From Alteribacillus bidgolensis (lineage in GTDB: Bacteria > Bacillota > Bacilli > Bacillales > Marinococcaceae): DNA of 24,000 bases. The notes beneath the pieces were generated by a model. The model ran no database searches. It was not told the origin of the DNA and saw nothing but the letters and a program-made list of their open reading frames with translations. The position numbers and the translations under genes were made by a program. The stretch lies in the NCBI RefSeq assembly GCF_002886255.1, contig NZ_KZ614149.1:476646-500645 (forward strand). The letters are read 5' to 3'. Of the stretch, positions 18,072-24,000 are shown piece after piece. Numbering within the stretch: the stretch's first letter is position 1; each line of letters opens with the position of its first letter.

Positions 18072-19325
18072 ATGGATTGGGGGAGAAGAATTACTGGTGT
18101 TGTGCTATTATTATTATTTACCATAGGAATAACAAATCATACGGTCCAAACATTAATAAATATACCGGATGAATTCATTTTTTTTGAGTCCGATTGGCAA
18201 AATGACAATATAGTCAGCGGTATACAAAACAAATTAAATATAAAAGATAAAAACGATGTGCAAATCACTGAAAATCAAGAAAAATCAAACGCTTCAATAA
18301 AAGTCACGTCTATGCCAAAAAAACAAAGTAAAATAAAAACAATACCAGATATCAAATTAATTCCAGGCGGTGATTCTATTGGGGTGAAACTGCAATCAGA
18401 TGGGATAATGATTGTAGGTTTTCATGAAATAGCTGCAGAAAAAGAAAGAATTTCTCCGGCAAAAGAGGCAGGCATGAAAGTAGGCGATCGGATTATTTCT
18501 ATAAATGGCAAGAAAGTGAATCAGTTAGAAGATGTTGTGCAAATCTTAGAAAGTTCAGATACAAGTGATTCACTTCAAGTTAAAGTAAAAAGAAACAATG
18601 AAGAACGAAATATAAATGTAAAAATCCATCAAGGAAAAAAAGGAAATGTCATTGGAGCTTATATTCGCAATGCAGCATCAGGAGTAGGTACATTAACGTT
18701 TTATGAACCTAAAAGTGGGAAATTTGGCGCTTTAGGTCACGTGATTGCTGACTCTGATACTAAAAAGCCTATTATCGTTGAAAATGGAACGATTGTCCGT
18801 TCTTCCGTCAAGTCTATTGAAAGAGGGGCCAATGGAAAGCCTGGGGAAAAGCAAGCTGTTTTATCGTCTGACAACGATATTCTAGGAAAAGTGACAAAAA
18901 ATAGTTCGTTTGGTGTATTTGGCCAATTAGATACAGACAAACTTTTAAAAAAGCCATCTAATTCGAAGCCGCTTCCTATAGCATTTGCTCATGAAGTAAA
19001 AAAAGGACCTGCAGAGATATTAACTGTTGTAGAAGGTGAAAAAATCGAAAAGTTTGATATTGAAATTGTACAATCTGTCCCTCAAATGCACGCAGCTTCA
19101 AAAGGAATGGTCATAAAGGTGACAGATGATGAATTATTAGAAAAAACAGGAGGGATTATTCAAGGAATGAGCGGAAGTCCTATCATCCAAGACGGAAAAA
19201 TCATCGGAGCGGTTACACACGTATTTGTAAATGATTCAACTTCAGGGTACGCTTCTCATATTGAATGGATGCTTGAAGAAGCAGGGATTGACACGTTTAT
19301 AAAAGAAAGGAAAAAAGCGAGTTAA
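18072..19325 (+). CDS. spoIVB: SpoIVB peptidase (S55 signalling serine protease with PDZ domain)
   Basis: 417 aa with an N-terminal TM helix, a PDZ domain (GMKVGDRIISINGKKV) and S55 motifs GTLTFYEP...GALGHVI and QGMSGSPII; RBS GAGGAGGA. Confidence 0.93.
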   Translation: MDWGRRITGVVLLLLFTIGITNHTVQTLINIPDEFIFFESDWQNDNIVSGIQNKLNIKDKNDVQITENQEKSNASIKVTSMPKKQSKIKTIPDIKLIPGGDSIGVKLQSDGIMIVGFHEIAAEKERISPAKEAGMKVGDRIISINGKKVNQLEDVVQILESSDTSDSLQVKVKRNNEERNINVKIHQGKKGNVIGAYIRNAASGVGTLTFYEPKSGKFGALGHVIADSDTKKPIIVENGTIVRSSVKSIERGANGKPGEKQAVLSSDNDILGKVTKNSSFGVFGQLDTDKLLKKPSNSKPLPIAFAHEVKKGPAEILTVVEGEKIEKFDIEIVQSVPQMHAASKGMVIKVTDDELLEKTGGIIQGMSGSPIIQDGKIIGAVTHVFVNDSTSGYASHIEWMLEEAGIDTFIKERKKAS

Positions 19326-19326
19326 G

Positions 19327-19354
19327 GGAAAACTGGAAGCAGTTTTCCTTTTTA
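19327..19354 (+). terminator. Rho-independent terminator after spoIVB
   Basis: ggaaaactg (19327-35) pairs with cagttttcc (19340-48) over 9 perfect bp with a GAAG loop, then T5. Confidence 0.85.
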
Positions 19355-19430
19355 TAAATTCGTTAATGAAATATTTGTGGTACGATAATATACATAACTA
19401 TATGAATGTATCGATTCCATATATTTTTAA

Positions 19431-19544
19431 TTTTGTCAAACGTCAAAAAACGACAAAAAGGTAGAAAATGAAAGATGTAAGGAGCTGGATTTTATTTTCT
19501 AAGAATTTTGAATTAAGGAAAGGGTATTAGACAGTCTTGTCGAA
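19431..19544 (+). promoter_or_regulatory. spo0A upstream control region with 0A-box-like sites
   Basis: An exact 0A-box consensus TGTCGAA lies at 19538-19544. Degenerate copies sit in an imperfect palindrome tttgtcaaacgtcaaaaaacgacaaa (about 19431-19458). Promoters were not confidently placed. Confidence 0.35.
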
Positions 19545-19591
19545 AACAATATACAGACATGTGAAGAAAAGTATAATAAGGAGGTACATTT

Positions 19592-20380
19592 GTGAATAAA
19601 ATTAAAGTTTGTGTAGCTGACGATAATAGAGAATTGGTCGGTTTGTTAAATGAATATATTGGGGCACAAGAAGATATGGAGGTTACTGGCAGAGCCTATA
19701 ACGGGCAAGAGTGTTTAAAGATGGTAGAAGAAACGCAGCCAGATGTTCTTGTTCTTGACATCATTATGCCTCATTTAGATGGGTTAGCGGTTTTGAATAA
19801 AATCAATTCTGGCCAGCACAACCCGCGGCCTAAAATTATTATGCTAACAGCTTTTGGTCAAGAAGATGTAACAAAGAAAGCAGTTAATCTTGGTGTTTCT
19901 TATTATGTTTTAAAACCTTTTGACATGGAAACCTTGATTTCTAATATTAGAGAAGTGTGCAGTGGCGAAACATCTGTGGTTCAACAAGCGTATAGTTATA
20001 ATAATGAAAGCAAAGAAGAACCTGAGATTAATTTAAATCAAAGTATTACAAATATTATTCATGAAATCGGAGTGCCTGCTCATATTAAGGGATATATGTA
20101 TTTAAGAGAAGCGATTTCTATGGTTTATAATGATATCGATTTGTTAGGTTCCATTACGAAGGTATTGTACCCTGATATTGCTAAAAAATACAACACTACT
20201 TCAAGCAGAGTAGAACGAGCCATCCGACATGCTATTGAAGTTGCTTGGAGCAGAGGTAATTTTGAATCGATTTCGCGTATGTTTGGGTATACAATAAATG
20301 TTTCAAAAGCAAAGCCTACTAACTCTGAATTTATAGCAATGGTTGCAGATAAGCTGAGACTTGAACATAAAGTAAGTTAA
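19592..20380 (+). CDS. spo0A: Sporulation master regulator Spo0A
   Basis: 262 aa: [23 protein letters not shown], and the nearly invariant C-terminal [50 protein letters not shown] start lies after AAGGAGG. Confidence 0.98.
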   Translation: MNKIKVCVADDNRELVGLLNEYIGAQEDMEVTGRAYNGQECLKMVEETQPDVLVLDIIMPHLDGLAVLNKINSGQHNPRPKIIMLTAFGQEDVTKKAVNLGVSYYVLKPFDMETLISNIREVCSGETSVVQQAYSYNNESKEEPEINLNQSITNIIHEIGVPAHIKGYMYLREAISMVYNDIDLLGSITKVLYPDIAKKYNTTSSRVERAIRHAIEVAWSRGNFESISRMFGYTINVSKAKPTNSEFIAMVADKLRLEHKVS

Positions 20381-20394
20381 GAACGTTGTTAGAA

Positions 20395-20427
20395 GGAGCC
20401 GCCCTAATAAAGGACGGCTTCCTTTTT
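20395..20427. terminator. Terminator hairpin between convergent spo0A and the small - strand ORF
   Basis: ggagccgccc pairs with ggacggcttcc (about 9 bp plus one mismatch), then T5 on the + strand. On the - strand the same hairpin follows the 59-aa ORF stop. Confidence 0.7.
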
Positions 20428-20455
20428 GTGAGCATATAAGAGTAAGCCCGAAAGA

Positions 20456-20635
20456 TTAATTTTGATCAGAAATGTATGACTCAAAAAGCCGTGAAACCAT
20501 GGAAGAACTTTCTGTATAAGGTCGTAATTGATTAATTCTTTTAGACGAAGGTTCGTATTGAATCACATATTGTTCACCATTATACGATGCCAGATACATA
20601 TCAAACCCATGTCTAGATTCAATAAACTGAAACAA
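20456..20635 (-). CDS. Hypothetical small protein (59 aa), absent from the ORF track (below 60 aa)
   Basis: - strand TTG start (20635) lies 6 nt after a strong RBS AAGGGGGA (20649-20642). Hand translation gives MFQFIESRHGFDMYLASYNGEQYVIQYEPSSKRINQLRPYTESSSMVSRLFESYISDQN with a TAA stop at 20458-20456. Composition is protein-like; no family recognised. Confidence 0.4.
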   Translation of the reverse strand: MFQFIESRHGFDMYLASYNGEQYVIQYEPSSKRINQLRPYTESSSMVSRLFESYISDQN

Positions 20636-20922
20636 TTTGGTTCCCCCTTATCATTTTTCGTTGGTACTTCCACTTTACAGTTTAAATTCCTCGAAAAAAA
20701 TTTTTTCTTTATAATTATCTTTTTCCTCATTCCTATATCTATGCATGTAATCCCTCCGATTTGGACCATACTAGAAAAAGGTATTAGAAAAACTTGGCTT
20801 GGCACCACGGTCTGTGGCACGAAATTGGTACGTCCTGCATGCTGGAAGCCTTAGTCTTTTCTTATACTTGATTCCTTTAGAAAAGTCACTTTCCTAAAGT
20901 ATAAAAAAGGGGTGAAAGCAGC

Positions 20923-22035
20923 GTGGATAAGATTCAAGGAAAAGCGCACTTTCATGAAAAAACAAAAATTCTTGCAAATCAAATTGAAAAAAAACAAATT
21001 GCTGTAATTGATCATGAAGACATAGATCCGATTGCTGCAGAAAGTTTAATAAAAAAGAATGTCAAAGCCGTCATAAATTTAAAACGTTCTATGAGCGGAG
21101 AATTTTTTCATGAAGGTGTCAAAAGGCTGTTAGAGCAAAACATAAAGGTATTTGATATTCATCCAAATAGTGATATAGGTAAATGGATACATGGACGAGA
21201 GATTGAGATTAATCATAATTATTTGTTTGTGATTTATTCTCAAAAAAAATATGATGTTGGACCATTAAAAGAATACAATATGCCATTTGTACGCTTATTA
21301 GAAGAAAAAGGAAAGAAAAATCTTCCTATTACTTTTGAGAAATTTAGCAGCAATAGTATATCGTACGCAGAAAAAGATTTAATACAGCTGTTAGAATGTT
21401 GGAAAAAATGGGAACATGGATCAGCTTTACAAGGAAAAGATGTGTTAATTGTTATTCGGGGAACTGATTATGAAAAGGACTTAGATTGCGTGAAAAAATA
21501 CTTTATAAGAAATGGTAATAATATTTCATTGATAGCAGTTGATGGAGCAGCTAATGAGATGCTTCATAAGGATATGCATCCTGATTACATTATAGGAGAC
21601 ATGGACTCTGTTAGCAGTAAAGTATTACAATGCGGAGCCAAGCTTATTGTGCATCAAGGCGCAAAAGGTCATTCACCGGGTATGCAAAGGGTAAAGGATC
21701 ATCAATTATCAGCTAATACTGTAACGTTTATCGGTTTGAGTGAAGATGCTGCCATTGCTTTTGCTTTAAAAGAAGGAGCGAAAAAAATTTATTTGCTTGG
21801 CGGTCATCGTGATATGGAAGAATATCTCAGCAAAGGAAGAAAGGGCATGGGGTCCTCTTTGTTAATAAAAATGCTTGCAGGCAGTAAAATTATTGATTTA
21901 AAAGGGATACATCACCTTTATGATAATAGCAGAAAATCACAGTCTTTATTTTGGCATTTTAGAAAAATATATCATTCTTTACCATTTTTACGTGGTTCGA
22001 AATCAGAAAAAGAAATGAGGGAAATGAAAGCGTGA
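20923..22035 (+). CDS. steA: SteA-like protein (thiamine-pyrophosphokinase-like domain; putative cytokinetic-ring protein family)
   Basis: 370 aa. The N-terminus (G.A......TK.L...I...QIAVIDHEDIDPIAAESLIKKNVKAVINLKRSMSGEF) resembles actinobacterial SteA/Rv1697 as I remember it. A central TPK-like motif is present: LIAVDGAANEML...PDYIIGDMDSVS. GTG start after AAGGGGTGA. Confidence 0.65.
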   Translation: MDKIQGKAHFHEKTKILANQIEKKQIAVIDHEDIDPIAAESLIKKNVKAVINLKRSMSGEFFHEGVKRLLEQNIKVFDIHPNSDIGKWIHGREIEINHNYLFVIYSQKKYDVGPLKEYNMPFVRLLEEKGKKNLPITFEKFSSNSISYAEKDLIQLLECWKKWEHGSALQGKDVLIVIRGTDYEKDLDCVKKYFIRNGNNISLIAVDGAANEMLHKDMHPDYIIGDMDSVSSKVLQCGAKLIVHQGAKGHSPGMQRVKDHQLSANTVTFIGLSEDAAIAFALKEGAKKIYLLGGHRDMEEYLSKGRKGMGSSLLIKMLAGSKIIDLKGIHHLYDNSRKSQSLFWHFRKIYHSLPFLRGSKSEKEMREMKA

Positions 22036-22703
22036 AAACAAGTGTTATTATTCCAGCTTATAATGAAGAGCGACATTTAAAATCAACATTGCAAACTCTA
22101 CGCAAAGCTGGCTGGGCAAACGAATTAATTGGAGTAAACGATGGGAGTTCTGATTCTACTGGAAGAATTATGGAAAAATATTGTGATGTATCGATTTCAT
22201 TTATTAAAAATCATGGAAAAACAGCTGCAGCAAAAGCAGGATGGTTAGCCAGCAAAGGAGAGTTTATTGTAATTTTAGATGCAGATTTAAGAGACAGTGC
22301 AATATACGGCAGCGAATTATTATATCCATTGGAATCAAATGAAGCTGACTTAGTTATTGGTACAGTAATGGGAAGTGGAAAAAATGGTTTTGGACTTGTT
22401 AAGAGAAGGGTACAGCGTCTTATTCATAGAAGAAGTGGTCTGCTTTTACAAATGCCATTGTCAGGACAAAGAGCTTTTCGAAGAAAACATATTGAACATT
22501 ATCATCAATTACAGGCAGAAGGTTTCGGTCTAGAGACGATGATGACATTAAAAGCTGTAGAAGAAGGATTTAGAATTAAAGAAGTAGAAGTGCCATTTGT
22601 ACATGACGGCAAAGGATGGGGAATTCAAGGTATGTGTCACCGTGCCAAGCAATGGCTGGAGGTGGAAAGGTGCCTATGGAAATATGGAAAATCATACTCT
22701 TAA
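22032..22703 (+). CDS. Family 2 glycosyltransferase (polyprenyl-phosphate sugar synthase-like)
   Basis: 223 aa with the GT-A signatures VIIPAYNEE, NDGSSDST and ILDADL. GTGA start/stop overlap with the steA-like gene. Confidence 0.85.
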   Translation: MKTSVIIPAYNEERHLKSTLQTLRKAGWANELIGVNDGSSDSTGRIMEKYCDVSISFIKNHGKTAAAKAGWLASKGEFIVILDADLRDSAIYGSELLYPLESNEADLVIGTVMGSGKNGFGLVKRRVQRLIHRRSGLLLQMPLSGQRAFRRKHIEHYHQLQAEGFGLETMMTLKAVEEGFRIKEVEVPFVHDGKGWGIQGMCHRAKQWLEVERCLWKYGKSYS

Positions 22704-23485
22704 GTGCAATGGTGCCGATCTTTTGGCCTGTATTGAGAAACAGCTCTGTAAAATTTGGGTGGACGGCTGTTAATTATAAAAATATGTACATTCCATTTAC
22801 ACTCGGAATTGTTTTGTTACTTTTTGTTTTTAATTTTATTCTTTTATGGCCACCCGATCATTTATTAGCTTTTATGGTATATATAGTAGGAATTTGGACC
22901 GCCGGATGGATTGATGATGTACGTGGAAGTGATTATCCAAAAGGAATAAAAGGACATATGTATTTTTTTATAAAAAAAGGAGAGTGGACGACAGGGCTTA
23001 CAAAAATTGTAATTATTGTCATTTCTGCAAGTGTCAGTCTCCTTTTAGCAGAAGCAACGATGCAAATAGGTACGGTGATTACATTTATGTTGTTCGTATT
23101 ATCGCCACATGTGTGTAATTCTCTCGATACACGACCACTTAGAGTTTGGAAATGGGTAAGCATTCATGTTTTAATGTTGCTTATATTTCTGTCTGTAAGG
23201 CCGGTGCCAGGCATGCTTTTCTATATAGTGGTGGCAATGGGGGTATGGGGGTATTTAGAAATAACGAAAAAAGGAATGCTTGGAGATAATGGAGCTGCTT
23301 TGGCCGGAGGAATCATAGCATGGGTGGGAATGCAGTTTTTTCCCTTTAGTATTCAACTTTTTTTTATGGGCATTCTTGTTGGTATTACTTATTTAGCAGA
23401 AAAAATTTCGATTCATGCTTTTATTGAAAAAGTTCATATTTTGAAGGAAATTGATCATTTGGGGAGAAGGGAAAGGATGGAATAA
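22676..23485 (+). CDS. Short, divergent polyprenyl-phosphate N-acetylhexosamine-1-phosphate transferase-like membrane protein (MraY/WecA superfamily, GT4)
   Basis: Polytopic membrane protein with GWIDDVRG (the DD motif), NSLD and MLGDNGAALAGG (compare GDxGSxxLG). ATG 22676 behind GGAGGTGG is preferred; the ORF-track start at 22616 overlaps the GT2 gene by 88 nt. Confidence 0.6.
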   Translation: MEIWKIILLSAMVPIFWPVLRNSSVKFGWTAVNYKNMYIPFTLGIVLLLFVFNFILLWPPDHLLAFMVYIVGIWTAGWIDDVRGSDYPKGIKGHMYFFIKKGEWTTGLTKIVIIVISASVSLLLAEATMQIGTVITFMLFVLSPHVCNSLDTRPLRVWKWVSIHVLMLLIFLSVRPVPGMLFYIVVAMGVWGYLEITKKGMLGDNGAALAGGIIAWVGMQFFPFSIQLFFMGILVGITYLAEKISIHAFIEKVHILKEIDHLGRRERME

Positions 23486-23497
23486 AATGGAATAATA

Positions 23498-23528
23498 AAA
23501 GGGCTGACTCTAAATAGTCAACCTTTTA
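23498..23528. terminator. Bidirectional terminator between convergent genes
   Basis: ggctgact (23502-09) pairs with agtcaacc (23516-23) over 8 bp with one mismatch, flanked by an A-run 5' and a T-run 3'. It abuts the stop of the - strand gene. Confidence 0.6.
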
Positions 23529-23777
23529 CTTGCTGCTCGGGCCCGTTTTTGATTGATACCGAATGCCTACTTTTTTATTTTTACGATCCCGGTAAAAAAC
23601 AAAACCGGAAATAAACCAAATCCCAAAAACAAGCATTAACAAACCAGTTAAAAATTGCAGCCATAAAAAGGGAAAAGGAGGCTGTAAAATTTGAAAAAGC
23701 ATATCCCTCATTAACTTTATGCCTAAGGCTGCCATTATACCAGGAATAACTAAAATTAATAACGCAATCAGCCGCAT
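23526..23777 (-). CDS. Small two-TM membrane protein (DUF2627/YqzF-like from memory)
   Basis: 83 aa: MRLIALLILVIPGIMAALGIKLMRD..., with two hydrophobic helices and a basic tail. RBS AGGAGAG lies upstream on the - strand. Confidence 0.6.
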   Translation of the reverse strand: MRLIALLILVIPGIMAALGIKLMRDMLFQILQPPFPFLWLQFLTGLLMLVFGIWFISGFVFYRDRKNKKVGIRYQSKTGPSSK

Positions 23778-23810
23778 GAGTTATTTCTCTCCTAAATAAT
23801 AACTATAAAG

Positions 23811-23836
23811 GCTTGGCTTTGCCAAGTTTCTTTTTT
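23811..23836 (+). terminator. Terminator-like hairpin with T-run of unassigned function
   Basis: cttggc (23812-17), loop ttt, gccaag (23821-26), followed by tttctttttt. No + strand gene ends here, so the role is unclear. Confidence 0.35.
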
Positions 23837-23975
23837 ATACTTTAAGGACGTTTAACTTTATTAAAGGATTAAAGTATAAGAAAAATTAAGGCTTTCGCCA
23901 TTAAGGACTTGGCGACAAGCCGAGTCTTTACTAATTGTACTCTATTTATACAATGTTGTCCAAAGGGGGATATTT

Positions 23976-24000
23976 GTGAAAACAGCTGTTATTGTTGGTG
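23976..24000 (+). CDS. Possible 5' end of a CDS continuing beyond the window
   Basis: GTG start lies 5 nt after RBS AAGGGGGA. The first residues VKTAVIVG resemble the start of a Rossmann beta-strand. Only 8 codons are visible. Confidence 0.3.

Noticed and set aside
19480-19508. Sigma-H promoter candidate AGGAGCT-N16-GAATTT upstream of spo0A
   Set aside because: The spacing is 1-2 nt longer than the consensus I remember (about 14-15 nt between AGGAwww and GAAT), and the exact 0A box would lie downstream of it. This is not enough to support a call.
20528-20854. 108-aa + strand ORF and 85-aa - strand ORF (20563-20820) in the spo0A-steA intergenic region
   Set aside because: Phe/Ile/Lys-rich low-complexity translations of AT-rich DNA, mutually overlapping and without RBSs. 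A different - strand frame (20456-20635) is the only protein-like reading.
1-24000. Remaining short antisense ORFs inside annotated genes (e.g. 330-569, 1822-2124, 2929-3138, 3298-3615, 8710-8946, 9540-9740, 17341-17685, 22933-23163), and a search for CRISPR arrays, IS elements, tRNA/rRNA and prophage genes
   Set aside because: The antisense ORFs lie fully within well-supported genes on the opposite strand and have skewed composition. I saw no direct-repeat/spacer arrays, terminal inverted repeats, transposase/integrase-like translations or cloverleaf-compatible sequences.

Overview
Chromosomal segment of a low-GC, endospore-forming Bacillaceae genome. It is almost entirely + strand and collinear with the B. 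subtilis yqhT-efp-spoIIIA-yqhY-nusB-folD-xseAB-ispA-dxs-yqxC-ahrC-recN-spoIVB-spo0A region. In order, the window holds: the 3' end of an M24 Xaa-Pro peptidase; efp; the complete spoIIIAA-AH operon; an orphan acidic 122-aa ORF where B. subtilis has accB-accC; an Asp23-family gene; nusB, folD, xseA, xseB and ispA. Next comes a ~590-nt ORF-free, visibly G+C-enriched, densely base-paired element that I identify as OLE (ornate, large, extremophilic) RNA, followed by its membrane-partner gene oapA. Then come dxs, a TlyA-type methyltransferase, argR/ahrC, recN, spoIVB and spo0A. Downstream of spo0A lie a 59-aa - strand ORF below the ORF-track cutoff and a translationally coupled three-gene operon (SteA-like TPK-domain protein, GT2 glycosyltransferase, short divergent MraY/WecA-type phosphotransferase). 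After that come a small - strand membrane protein and the first codons of another gene. I saw no rRNA, tRNA, CRISPR, IS/transposase, integrase or phage genes. Two loci deserve most attention. The first is the OLE RNA/OapA locus embedded in the isoprenoid operon; it is invisible to ORF-based annotation, and the five ORF-track calls over it are artefacts. The second is the steA-like/GT2/phosphotransferase cluster next to spo0A. All homology calls come from reading the translations and from remembered family motifs and synteny; no database search was run.
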